The position numbers and the translations under genes were made by a program. Shown in pieces: positions 1-9,494 of a DNA stretch of 64,000 nucleotides; the stretch's first letter is position 1; every line of letters begins with the position of its first letter. Origin of the DNA: Ginsengibacter sp. (lineage in GTDB: Bacteria; Bacteroidota; Bacteroidia; Chitinophagales; Chitinophagaceae); contig JBDTKU010000118.1 of the NCBI GenBank assembly GCA_039935135.1, positions 1,234-65,233 of the forward strand. Direction: 5' to 3'. Below the pieces are notes generated by a model, which made no database searches, was not told where the DNA came from, and saw nothing but the letters and a program-made list of their open reading frames with translations.

Positions 1-286
1 AAATACGTTCAAGTTTCGCAACGTTCTTAACCTCACTTTTTAGATACGGAGAATCAAGTACCATTTTAGAGTAGCCAGCTACTGTGTCGCTATGATAAAG
101 CAAGTGGAAAATATTGCGAGGATCCTGTAATTCCTTTTCCAGGACTGGCTCATTGTAATTTTGTTCTATGAAATTATTGATCTCTTCCCATTTAGCAGAC
201 TTCCCATGAGATTCTATAAAAGTTTGTTCCGCAAGCTTTGAAAGCAATTGAGCATCATTCTCATTTGCCCTGGTTATTAAGATCAT
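1..286 (-). CDS. GNAT N-acetyltransferase (PaiA-like), truncated by window start
   Basis: Manual translation from ATG at 286: MILITRANENDAQLLSKLAEQTFIESHG...VAGYSKM...VAKLERI; TACTTTTG promoter-like motif at 306-313 (minus). Confidence 0.8.
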   Translation of the reverse strand, partial: MILITRANENDAQLLSKLAEQTFIESHGKSAKWEEINNFIEQNYNEPVLEKELQDPRNIFHLLYHSDTVAGYSKMVLDSPYLKSEVKNVAKLERI

Positions 287-439
287 TCTAAATAATTATG
301 AAATGCAAAAGTAAATGAATCCTCTCCTCCACGATTAGTGCCTTTTCTAATCGAAGCCTTCGAATCAAAAAAAGGTGATCATTAACTTTACTACTCAAAA
401 AAGTATTGCAATTCTATTCATTCGTGACGCACAGCCAGT

Positions 440-853
440 CTATTTTTCATTTAATTTAAGCCCCCTCAAAGGATGAATCTTGCTGAATTCGGACAGGTAA
501 GGATTATAAGTAAAATAAATTACTTTCTCTGAAACAGGGCATACAAAAATAGCAAGGCTTTGATGGCCATCATTTTTAATCCCCTTCATTACATTCCGCA
601 ATTTCTTTGTCACGGGCTTTACCATTTCTTCCGGGTATTGTTTCAACAATTCAGCTTCTGATTGTTCTGCATGATGAGCTAATATACTTTCCAAAACACC
701 CGGTTTTTTCATGTTTGGTTCAAACCGGATAAAAATTGAAATACGTGGATTGTGCTCTTTAAACTCTGGTATGGAAAGGCAGTCGTGTTGGCGTTGTTGG
801 TTTTTAATCATTAATTCATATTTTTCTTTAAAATTAAATTCTAAAATTTGCAA
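440..853 (-). CDS. Hypothetical protein resembling the N-terminal part of Bacteroidetes aeRF1-like (baeRF3) proteins; likely start ATG at 811
   Basis: ISIFIRFEP...AEAELLKQYP...SLAIFVCP..KVIYF pattern; family call from memory. Confidence 0.5.
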   Translation of the reverse strand: MQILEFNFKEKYELMIKNQQRQHDCLSIPEFKEHNPRISIFIRFEPNMKKPGVLESILAHHAEQSEAELLKQYPEEMVKPVTKKLRNVMKGIKNDGHQSLAIFVCPVSEKVIYFTYNPYLSEFSKIHPLRGLKLNEK

Positions 854-1040
854 AAAAAATGATCCTAATCACCCTTGAAACTGAGATTGCTCATGTTGAC
901 TTGCTCATTGCAAAAGACACGCCTCACAGGTTCGTGTTCACTAACCTAAAACTCCGGATTAAAAAATGACTTGTCCTAAAATTGGTTTACAGGTTTTTAT
1001 TGACTCAGGAATTGGTTCGCGGAGGTGAAAATTATACTAC

Positions 1041-1074
1041 AAAATAAAAATCAAACTTATTTCTTCGTTTACTG
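1041..1074 (+). repeat. 34-bp dispersed site, copy A
   Basis: AAAATAAAAAT CAAAC TTATTTCTTCGTTTACTG. Confidence 0.85.
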
Positions 1075-1155
1075 TTGCAGATACCATAACCACAGGTAAT
1101 CGGGTATTACTAATAACAATTTTCTTTTGAATGTTTTTAGAAGGAAATTTGCGTC

Positions 1156-2145
1156 ATGAAATCGAATTGGTTACCCGTGGTTTTATCATTCTTAATCGTA
1201 ATTATCATTACAGGAAAAATAATTGTCGGTAACCAGGAAAGTGAAAAAGCGGAAAAAGAATTTGCAGCTTTTGTGGCGCATGAGCCGGCCGACACACTCT
1301 GGACTACTCCCTGGAATCAATATCAAATACCCTCGGATACCGATTCCGGGAGACTGATAAAATATGGGCGGCAACTTATTATCAACACTTCTTATTATCT
1401 TGGAACCAAAGGAGTGGTAGCGCAAATAAGCAATGGGCTTAATTGCCAGAACTGTCATCTTGGTGCAGGCACTGTCCCTTTCGGAAATAATTTTGGTAAG
1501 GTATATGATACTTATCCCCAGTTTAAAGCGCGTAATAATAAAGTGGTTACAGTATATGACAGGATCAACAACTGCCTGCAGAGAAGCCTTAATGGCAAGG
1601 CAATGGACATCAACTGCCGCGAAATGAAAGCCATGTATGCTTACCTTGAATGGGTTGGACATAAGGTCCCCGGAGAAAATAAAAAAGGAGGAACCGGTAT
1701 AATGGAATTAAAATATTTAAACCGGCCGGCGAATCCGCCACAGGGAAGAAAAGTTTTCATGGCTAAATGCCAAAGTTGCCATGGGCCAAATGGACAAGGA
1801 GTTTTGAATGCTGATGGAACAGGTTTTACCTATCCACCGCTTTGGGGAAAACATAGCTATAATGATGGAGCCGGCATGTACCGCCTTGGAGACTTTGCCG
1901 GGTTTGTAAAAAACAATATGCCCTATGGAACCAACTATGAAAATCCAAAATTAACTGATGAAGAAGCCTGGGACGTGGCCGCATTTGTGAATAGTCAGCC
2001 ACGGCCGCATAAAGATCAAAGCATGGATTGGAAAAACATTTCTACAAAGCCTATTGATTATCCTTTCGGCCCTTATGCAGATGGCTTCACAGAAAGTCAA
2101 CATAAGTATGGACCTTATCAACCAATTAAAAATTTTAAACCATAA
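1156..2145 (+). CDS. tsdA: Diheme cytochrome c, thiosulfate dehydrogenase TsdA family
   Basis: Two CxxCH (CQNCH, CQSCH), RINNCLQRSLNG with the TsdA heme-ligating Cys, PPLWG..SYNDGAGM and KNNMP motifs, N-terminal membrane anchor. Confidence 0.8.
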   Translation: MKSNWLPVVLSFLIVIIITGKIIVGNQESEKAEKEFAAFVAHEPADTLWTTPWNQYQIPSDTDSGRLIKYGRQLIINTSYYLGTKGVVAQISNGLNCQNCHLGAGTVPFGNNFGKVYDTYPQFKARNNKVVTVYDRINNCLQRSLNGKAMDINCREMKAMYAYLEWVGHKVPGENKKGGTGIMELKYLNRPANPPQGRKVFMAKCQSCHGPNGQGVLNADGTGFTYPPLWGKHSYNDGAGMYRLGDFAGFVKNNMPYGTNYENPKLTDEEAWDVAAFVNSQPRPHKDQSMDWKNISTKPIDYPFGPYADGFTESQHKYGPYQPIKNFKP

Positions 2146-2157
2146 AAAATAAACATC

Positions 2158-2625
2158 ATGAAAAAAACAATTTTTGTATTGCTCTCTGTATTTTTATTCG
2201 GATATAACGGTAATGCACAAACTAATTCTTCTGCTTTGAAAAATAACAGGGAATTCACCGGCGCAAAGGCAACCCAAAAAATGTATCATGCCATTTACCA
2301 GTTAGATGTAAACGATCCGATGGTAATCGGCAAAACCATTCGCAATATCAACAATGCTATAAATGATCCGAGGCTCAAAGGAAAAATTAAGATTGAGTTA
2401 ATTGCTTATTCCGGGGGAACCGACGCCTATCTGAAAGGAAGCAAATATGAAGATGATCTGAAAGCGCTCGTGGAGAAAGGAGTTATCGTTGCACAATGCG
2501 AAAACACCTTGCACGAAAGAAAAATCAGCAGGGACCAGATCTATGATTTTATAGGTGTTGTTCCCAGCGGCAATGGAGAACTAATTATACGCCAGGCAGA
2601 AGGTTGGTCTGTTGTGAAACCATAA
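2158..2625 (+). CDS. Exported DsrE-family protein
   Basis: Signal peptide; VAQCENT conserved Cys; VPSGNGELI..QAEGW C-terminus. Confidence 0.8.
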   Translation: MKKTIFVLLSVFLFGYNGNAQTNSSALKNNREFTGAKATQKMYHAIYQLDVNDPMVIGKTIRNINNAINDPRLKGKIKIELIAYSGGTDAYLKGSKYEDDLKALVEKGVIVAQCENTLHERKISRDQIYDFIGVVPSGNGELIIRQAEGWSVVKP

Positions 2626-2651
2626 TATTCATCAACCAAAAAATAGTAAAA

Positions 2652-3572
2652 ATGAAAAAGGTTTTTATAACCACAGGCATCTTATTGTCCCTACTTTTCC
2701 AAATAGGAAACAGTTTTGCACAGGACTATCAATTCGACCCGCCCTGGAACACGCCGCCACAAAGCAAAGTTATGTTTACAATTCCGGGAATAGATAACGT
2801 TCCTGATCTTTATGGCGACATAAATGATCCGCAGTTGGTTATATTTTTTGCAGGAAATCAATTCATGTGCATTGATGATTTGATAAGTGCATTCAAACAA
2901 AAATTTCCTCAATACAAAAGAGTATTTGCAGAAACATTGCCTCCAGGTATTTTGGCCAAACAAATTGACGGTGGTTCACTCACTATCGGAAATATGCGCA
3001 TCACCCTTCAGCCGGATGTATATACGGCGGGCAAAGGCCGGATGGATAAAATGGCCAATTATTTTAGCGATACCGCCACGTACGCTTTTAATGAATTGGC
3101 CATCATGACTCAAAAAGGAAATCCGAAAAATATAAAAAGTTTGAAAGACCTGGCGCGAAAAGATATTTTAGTAAGTATGCCAAACCCCGCATGGGAAGGC
3201 ATTGGACGGCTTATTGAAGAAGCGTACAAAAAAACAGGCGGCGTTGATTTGGAAAACACAATCATGAAAACAAAAGTAAAAAACAGCACCACTTATCTAA
3301 CTCAAATTCATCACCGGCAAACTCCAATGCGAATTTTATATGCACAAAGTGACGCGGGACCTGTATGGTATTCCGAAGCATTTTATCAAAAAATGATAGG
3401 CCATCCAGTAGAACTGGTTTCCATTCCTGGCAATGAAAATATAAAAGCCACTTATGTAGCGGGCAAATTAAGAAAGGCTCCGCATCCGCAGGCAGGAAAA
3501 GATTTCCTGGAATTTTTAACCAGCAACAAAGCAAAAGAAATTTATAGGAAATATGGATTTACCACTCCATGA
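2652..3572 (+). CDS. ModA-like oxyanion substrate-binding protein
   Basis: Signal peptide from ATG 2652; FAGNQFM, GNPKNIKSLKDL, AKEIYRKYGF motifs of the molybdate/sulfate SBP fold. Confidence 0.75.
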   Translation: MKKVFITTGILLSLLFQIGNSFAQDYQFDPPWNTPPQSKVMFTIPGIDNVPDLYGDINDPQLVIFFAGNQFMCIDDLISAFKQKFPQYKRVFAETLPPGILAKQIDGGSLTIGNMRITLQPDVYTAGKGRMDKMANYFSDTATYAFNELAIMTQKGNPKNIKSLKDLARKDILVSMPNPAWEGIGRLIEEAYKKTGGVDLENTIMKTKVKNSTTYLTQIHHRQTPMRILYAQSDAGPVWYSEAFYQKMIGHPVELVSIPGNENIKATYVAGKLRKAPHPQAGKDFLEFLTSNKAKEIYRKYGFTTP

Positions 3573-3585
3573 AAACAATTTCTGA

Positions 3586-3641
3586 AAAATAAAAATCAGG
3601 AATATTTGCCTGCCTTTGCCAGTAGGCAGGTTGCTTTACTG
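3586..3641 (+). repeat. 34-bp dispersed site, copy B, interrupted by a 22-bp palindrome (3609-3630)
   Basis: AAAATAAAAAT CAGGA ATATTTG[CCTGCCTTTGCCAGTAGGCAGG]TTGCTTTACTG. Confidence 0.85.
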
Positions 3642-3818
3642 GTTTTTATAAATCGCTAATTACTGATTATTTTGCAGATCTCTTTTCTCCTTCATTTTCT
3701 TAATTATTTATTTTTTTCTGACATGATAAATTATCTTAGTAGTTGCTTTTTGTAAAGTTGCTCTGGGCTTTATCGTAGAAAGTATTTTAAAATACCTGAT
3801 GATAAAATAATTATTGAA

Positions 3819-4400
3819 ATGAATGATTCATCCAAAACCACCAAGTTACTTAAATTATTTATGTTGCTAATTGGTTCCAAAGCGCCCCAGAGAAATGTAG
3901 AACAACATGATTTTTATTTCGGCATCGCTCGTGATTTGAAAGAGCTGGTTCCTGATATAAAAGCGTTTTGGCCTGAAGCGGAAGACAGCATCCACATTGA
4001 TGCGTGGCGTGAAGTAAGCAAAGTGGATGATTACAAAATAGAAGTGATTTTAAAAAATGAAAAGGTAATTCCTTCCCAACATAAATTATTTTTTATCAAC
4101 CTCGGCGGCTACCAGGCCAATAAAATGGAAGAGCAACATTACACGGTTTTATCAGTGCAAATTGATCGCGCACTTGCCATAAGCGAATCGAAGAGAACAG
4201 TATTCTATAGGACCAATACTTTAGAAGGCGCCCATTCGCACATTGATGATAAATATGGAATTGATGTGGATGATGTTTATCAAATAGAAGACATTTTAAT
4301 TCCTGCCCACAAAGAAAAATACCAGGTGGTCATCACAAAAAAAGAGGGGCTGCCGGAGGATGAAATTCATCCTGGATATTTCAGGTTGAATAAACTATAA
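3819..4400 (+). CDS. DUF1543 domain protein
   Basis: EQHD, IHIDAWREV, LFFINLGGY...EQHY, HIDDKYGIDVDD motifs. Confidence 0.8.
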   Translation: MNDSSKTTKLLKLFMLLIGSKAPQRNVEQHDFYFGIARDLKELVPDIKAFWPEAEDSIHIDAWREVSKVDDYKIEVILKNEKVIPSQHKLFFINLGGYQANKMEEQHYTVLSVQIDRALAISESKRTVFYRTNTLEGAHSHIDDKYGIDVDDVYQIEDILIPAHKEKYQVVITKKEGLPEDEIHPGYFRLNKL

Positions 4401-4489
4401 CTTTTGAAAAGGCAAAATCAAAATTGAGAACGGGGAGACTAACCAGTGAATAATTTTTAAAAAGCCAAAGCTCACATGGGACTGACTTT

Positions 4490-4523
4490 CAGTAAACCAG
4501 GAAATAATCCGGATTTTTATTTC
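4490..4523 (-). repeat. 34-bp dispersed site, copy C
   Basis: Minus strand GAAATAAAAAT CCGGA TTATTTCCTGGTTTACTG. Confidence 0.85.
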
Positions 4524-4597
4524 TCTCCGTTCTTTCCCTTCACTTCAACGCAGGCCAGTGCATTGTTTCCATAAATCCAGTATCGAACAAAACTTTC

Positions 4598-5344
4598 TTA
4601 GCTTTTTTTCCTAAGTCGGATGTTCAGAAATTCTACCGCCAGTGAAAAGCCGAGGCAGGAATAAATAATGCTCTTGCTTATTTCCTGGTGCAGAGCGCTC
4701 GCTATCAATACTACTCCAATCACCACCAGGAACGAAAGCGCCAACATCTGAAGCGTAGGATATCGATTGATGACATTGGTGACGGGGCCGGCAAAAATCA
4801 TCATGATAATAATGGAAATCACCACCGCAATTATCATCACCACTACATTATCCACGAGGCCAATAGCCGTTAATATTGAATCGAAAGAAAACACCGCATC
4901 TATCAATATTATTTGAAAAATAACATTTCCAAAGCCAATAGGCCTCTTTATCTTTTTCGTTTCAGTTCCCTGGTCGTGGCTTAGTTTGTGGTGAATTTCA
5001 AGGGTGCTTTTTACGATCAAAAATATTCCCCCTGCCAATAGTATCAGATCTTTAATGCTTAATCCTAACGGCTCATCTGAAAATCCGTTGAATGGTGGTA
5101 CCGTTATTATGGAATCTTTAAAACTTATGATCCAGTTAATGGACAATAAAAGTCCTACCCTAAACACCATAGCTAATGTTAGCCCAATGTTTCGTGCGGC
5201 ACGTTGCCGGTTTGCAGGCAATTTACCAGATACGATTGAGATAAAAATAATATTATCTATTCCGAGCACCACCTCCAAAAAGGTAAGCGTAATCAGGCTT
5301 ACCCAAATGGCAGGATTAGTGAAGTCGGGAAACATTAATTCCAT
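4598..5344 (-). CDS. TerC family membrane protein
   Basis: LEVVLGIDNIIFISI and DAVFSFDSILTAIG motifs. Confidence 0.92.
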   Translation of the reverse strand: MELMFPDFTNPAIWVSLITLTFLEVVLGIDNIIFISIVSGKLPANRQRAARNIGLTLAMVFRVGLLLSINWIISFKDSIITVPPFNGFSDEPLGLSIKDLILLAGGIFLIVKSTLEIHHKLSHDQGTETKKIKRPIGFGNVIFQIILIDAVFSFDSILTAIGLVDNVVVMIIAVVISIIIMMIFAGPVTNVINRYPTLQMLALSFLVVIGVVLIASALHQEISKSIIYSCLGFSLAVEFLNIRLRKKS

Positions 5345-5365
5345 TGACTCTGCTTTTTAATAAAT

Positions 5366-6067
5366 TTAACCATTTACAACTTCCTGCGTCCTACTTTTTG
5401 TGGCCGCACTAAGTACAACATTTTTTTGCAAACTACTTTTCTTTTTCTTCAATAGCAATTTAAGTAAAACAGGCCCCGTGGTTAATAGTACAATTCCAAG
5501 AATAATCTTTTCAAGGTGATCTTTTGCCCAGGTACTTTCGCCCATTAAAAATCCTGCCGAAACAATAGTGATTACCCACAAAAAGCTTCCGAGGATATTA
5601 TAAAGAGAAAATTTCGCGGGTTTCATTTTTACCATACCCGCCACTATAGGCGCAAACGTACGAATGATAGGAAGAAAGCGCGCAACAATAATAGCTCCTC
5701 CTCCTTTTTTTGCATAAAATTCTTCCGCCTGAAGAAGATATTTTCTTTTGAACAACCATCTGTCTTTTTTGAAAAGAAAGCGATCAGATTTTTTCCCAAA
5801 CCAGTAGCCCAGGAAATTACCCAACACACCGGCTATGGCTATTAATCCAATCCAATAAACGAGGTTGATAAACGGGATAGCAAAGGGTGACATAGTATTG
5901 GCAATGATCATTCCGGCGATGAAAAGCAAAGAATCGCCAGGCAGAAAAAATCCGAAGAAAAGTCCGGTTTCAATAAATACAATCAGCGCCACAATGTACA
6001 ATCCGCCATGCTGAACTATCCACTCCGGATTAATAAGATTACTTAAGAACTCAATTATAGTTTCCAT
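5366..6067 (-). CDS. DedA/VTT family membrane protein
   Basis: ETGLFFGFFLPGDSLLF and ARFLPIIRTFAP motifs. Confidence 0.92.
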   Translation of the reverse strand: METIIEFLSNLINPEWIVQHGGLYIVALIVFIETGLFFGFFLPGDSLLFIAGMIIANTMSPFAIPFINLVYWIGLIAIAGVLGNFLGYWFGKKSDRFLFKKDRWLFKRKYLLQAEEFYAKKGGGAIIVARFLPIIRTFAPIVAGMVKMKPAKFSLYNILGSFLWVITIVSAGFLMGESTWAKDHLEKIILGIVLLTTGPVLLKLLLKKKKSSLQKNVVLSAATKSRTQEVVNG

Positions 6068-6233
6068 TTTAATTTATTTATTGTCAAATAGTTTTTGAAA
6101 GATAGTAATGAAGGTTATTTTAAAAGACTTAATCAAGGTGAAAAAAATCGCCAGTAATTCACATTAGAAAATGGAAGGGCGAATCAAGTTAATTAGGTAA
6201 ATTAAAATCTTCCGGCTTCCCCAAAAAATGAAA

Positions 6234-6605
6234 TCAAAATAATGTATAAAGAAAAAGGCAGTTGTAGTAATCTGGTTTGGGTAAAAAGTCTGAACCGGTT
6301 AAAGAATATTTAAACCATTTTTTGGCAAAAAGTGCAGGGACGTTACCATTAAAATTCGCTTTGCCGTTAGGGTTCTCTGACACAACCGATCTCTGTAAAT
6401 GATAATTTATAAATGAAGAATTAGGCAATTGATTTTCTTCAGTCTCAGAAGAATTGGCATTATTTCCAAATGGTAAAGAGATTGCTTGATTAAAATCATC
6501 CGCAGTATTTTTGATAACAGGCGACGCAATGCAAACCGCATTGAGCAACAGGAAAATAATCGCAAGCATCCTGCTTTTAATAACGCTATGTTTGATGCCG
6601 GACAT
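6234..6605 (-). CDS. Hypothetical exported protein
   Basis: 123-aa ORF with hydrophobic N-terminus; TATATTTG promoter-like motif at 6631-6638 (minus). Confidence 0.5.
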   Translation of the reverse strand: MSGIKHSVIKSRMLAIIFLLLNAVCIASPVIKNTADDFNQAISLPFGNNANSSETEENQLPNSSFINYHLQRSVVSENPNGKANFNGNVPALFAKKWFKYSLTGSDFLPKPDYYNCLFLYTLF

Positions 6606-6793
6606 TTTAATTTGGATAAATTTTTAGAGACAAATATATCTGAAAAGGAGGTGTAAATGAACCTTCAAATGTTATTATTTTAATAAACCCTTACACATTT
6701 ATCTAAAGATCATTTATCAGTAAAAAACTGAATAGCCTAACAGAACAAAAAACTAATACAGTCCGGATTTTCTTATCAATCTATTTCAACGCA

Positions 6794-6826
6794 AAACCTG
6801 CCAGGTTTTAAAAACCTGGCAGGTTT
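6794..6826. repeat. REP-like palindrome, copy 1
   Basis: AAACCTGCCAGGTTTTAAAAACCTGGCAGGTTT; near-identical copy at 60081-60113. Confidence 0.8.
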
Positions 6827-6843
6827 GCTGGTAGATAAAATAC

Positions 6844-6877
6844 AAAATAAAAATATCAATTATTTATTGGTTTACTG
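6844..6877 (+). repeat. 34-bp dispersed site, copy D
   Basis: AAAATAAAAAT ATCAA TTATTTATTGGTTTACTG. Confidence 0.9.
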
Positions 6878-7420
6878 GAAAACATAAGAGTTGTCAACTT
6901 CTGAAGTGTCTGTTTTCTATATTTCACTTTTACTTGTTCCATATCTGAATTTTATTTTTTCATTCTTTATAATTTCAAATTGCTTCTGAGTAAAGAAACA
7001 ACTCTTATAATATGCGAAAATCTTTTGAATGTTAGAAAATAGCTCTTGTAAGCTTTGAATAGATATTACGTTAAATTAATCCTTTGCTCAGCAGTTTTTT
7101 TCAATCATTATTAAGGTGGTTAAAAACGTTTTGATCAAGATTCGATTAATAATAAGATAAATCTTCCTTTCGATAGGAAAAAAATCGGATATTTATATCA
7201 TTACGAAATGACAATAAAATTCTTTTACTTCGTATAAATTTTTAAAAAATTAAGAGTTATGAGTAATATGATTTCAATGAAAAATTTTGTAGCTACAATG
7301 GTGGTTACTACAATATTGACTTTAATCCTGGCGTGGATTTGCCTCATCTGGACTCTTTAATATTTTTTTGGCAACACAAAACCCAGGTTTAGATACAAAG
7401 CCAGGTTCAAAATCCATAAG

Positions 7421-9361
7421 ATGATTCCGCAGGAAACAATACAGCAGATTGTTAGCCGAATCGATATTATTGAGATTATCAATTCCTTTGTAAAACTTAG
7501 GAAAAGAGGTACCAATTATATCGGCTTGTGCCCGTTTCATAATGAAAAAACACCTTCTTTTACCGTATCTCCGTCAAAAGAAATTTATAAATGTTTTGGT
7601 TGTGGTCGTAGTGGCAACACGATCACTTTTTTGATGGAGCATGAAAAATACAGTTATGTAGAAGCGTTGAAATGGCTGGCGGCGAAATACAATGTTGAGA
7701 TCGAGGAAAAAGAGACCAGTCCTGAATTTAAGGTGCAGCAACAAATTTCTGACAGCCTTTACATCATCAACAATTTTGCACAGCAGTTTTTCTCAGATAC
7801 TTTATTGAATTCTGAAGAGGGGCTTAATGTTGGATTGAGTTATTTAAAAGAAAGAGGATTCAGGGAAGAGATTATTACCAGGTTTCAATTAGGTTATAAT
7901 CCTGAAGCCCGTGATTCCTTTGCCAGCGCCGCCGTCGAAAAGCAATTCAATAAAGAACTTTTGCAAAAGTCCGGTTTAGTAGTTTCGAGAGAGAATGGAT
8001 TGCAGGATAATTACCGCGGCCGTATAATTTTCCCCATTCACAATCAATCGGGAAAAGTTACCGGGTTTGGCGCCCGACTGATCAGGAAAAATGATAAAGC
8101 ACCAAAATATATTAATACACCGGAAAACGAAATTTACGTAAAAAGTAAAATTCTTTATGGTTTATGGTTCGCACGTCAGTCAATTGATAAGCAGGACGAA
8201 TGCTTATTGGTTGAAGGTTATACGGATGTAGTTTCTCTGCACCAGTCGGGAATTGAAAATGTAGTAGCAAGCGGTGGCACATCGCTAACGCCGGACCAAT
8301 TAAGGCTTATTAAAAAATACACTTCCAATCTAACTATTTTATATGATGGGGATGCGGCCGGTGTGAAAGCGGCTTTGCGTGGGCTCGATCTTGCGCTTGA
8401 AGAAGGTCTCAATGTTCAATTGGCATTGCTCCCCAACCAGGAAGACCCTGACAGTTATATCAACAAATATGGTGCGTCTGGGTTTACGACTTTCATCAAA
8501 GAAAATAAAAAAGATTTTATTTTATTTCAGTTAGATCTCGCTTTAGCAGAGGCCGGTGATGACACAAATAAAAAAGCGCAAATTGTCAATCGCATCGCAG
8601 AATCAATTTCCAAGATAAACAAAACTGAAGATTTTACGAAACAACAGGATTACATCCGCAAAACTTCTGAAATATTAAAAATAGATGAAGGCGGATTGCA
8701 TAACCTTGTCAATAAATTTATCAGGGAAAATTTATCGAAGGAAGAAAAAAAACTATTGCAGCAGGAGGGCTTTTCTCAACAAAACGGGAATGAAATCCCT
8801 GAATTATCCGGTGGGCACGAAGAATCACTGGAACTCGTAAAAGAGGAAATTTTTCATGAGAGATCATTAGTAAGATGCCTTTTGGAATATGGTTTGAATG
8901 AGTGGGAAAAAGAAAAAAAAGTTGCTGATTATTTATTGAATGAGTTCATAGAGGAGGATACCATTGAGGACGGAATGTTGAAAAAAATAATCGATACTTA
9001 TAAAGTGTGGTATGATGAAAAGCTTGAACCTACTTCAAAAAGCTTTTTATATACTGAGGATCTCGAAATGAGCAATGCTGTAGTTCACCTGATTGAATTT
9101 CCTTATGAAGTAAGTAGTGGCTGGGAAACAAAGTATGAGTTGTCCGTACCAACAAGAGAAGAAAATTATAAAATGGATATCACTTCCACCCTTCGTTATC
9201 TAGAATTAAAAAAAATTAAAAAATTAATTAGTCGGAATGCAAATGAACTCAGCAAAACAACTTCTGTTGAACGGCAGATGGTATTAATACAAGCTCATAC
9301 TCAATTAAAAAATATGGAAATGCAATTGACGAAAGAAATAGGAATGGTCATCATGAAATAG
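7421..9361 (+). CDS. dnaG: DNA primase
   Basis: CPFH...CFGC zinc finger, PKYINTPE, EGYTDV, YDGDAAG TOPRIM, DPD. Confidence 0.98.
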   Translation: MIPQETIQQIVSRIDIIEIINSFVKLRKRGTNYIGLCPFHNEKTPSFTVSPSKEIYKCFGCGRSGNTITFLMEHEKYSYVEALKWLAAKYNVEIEEKETSPEFKVQQQISDSLYIINNFAQQFFSDTLLNSEEGLNVGLSYLKERGFREEIITRFQLGYNPEARDSFASAAVEKQFNKELLQKSGLVVSRENGLQDNYRGRIIFPIHNQSGKVTGFGARLIRKNDKAPKYINTPENEIYVKSKILYGLWFARQSIDKQDECLLVEGYTDVVSLHQSGIENVVASGGTSLTPDQLRLIKKYTSNLTILYDGDAAGVKAALRGLDLALEEGLNVQLALLPNQEDPDSYINKYGASGFTTFIKENKKDFILFQLDLALAEAGDDTNKKAQIVNRIAESISKINKTEDFTKQQDYIRKTSEILKIDEGGLHNLVNKFIRENLSKEEKKLLQQEGFSQQNGNEIPELSGGHEESLELVKEEIFHERSLVRCLLEYGLNEWEKEKKVADYLLNEFIEEDTIEDGMLKKIIDTYKVWYDEKLEPTSKSFLYTEDLEMSNAVVHLIEFPYEVSSGWETKYELSVPTREENYKMDITSTLRYLELKKIKKLISRNANELSKTTSVERQMVLIQAHTQLKNMEMQLTKEIGMVIMK

Positions 9362-9382
9362 AATAACCACCACTTTTTTATT

Positions 9383-9416
9383 AAAATAAAAATCCTACTT
9401 AATTGTTTGTTTACTG
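9383..9416 (+). repeat. 34-bp dispersed site, copy E
   Basis: AAAATAAAAAT CCTAC TTAATTGTTTGTTTACTG, 21 bp after dnaG stop. Confidence 0.85.
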
Positions 9417-9434
9417 CAATTTCATAAGTAAACG

Positions 9435-9476
9435 AAAAACACCATCCGGAAAAAGATTTTTCCAGATGGTGTTTTT
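9435..9476. terminator. Bidirectional intrinsic terminator between convergent genes
   Basis: AAAAACACCATC.GGAAAAA / TTTTTCC.GATGGTGTTTTT hairpin with A/T tails. Confidence 0.75.
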
Positions 9477-9494
9477 AATAATTATTTAGGTTTT

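Noticed and set aside
6718-6735. CAGTAAAAAACTGAATAG as another site copy; similar partials near 22204, 43159 and 49990
   Set aside because: Only one arm matches weakly and the partner arm is absent at the fixed spacing.
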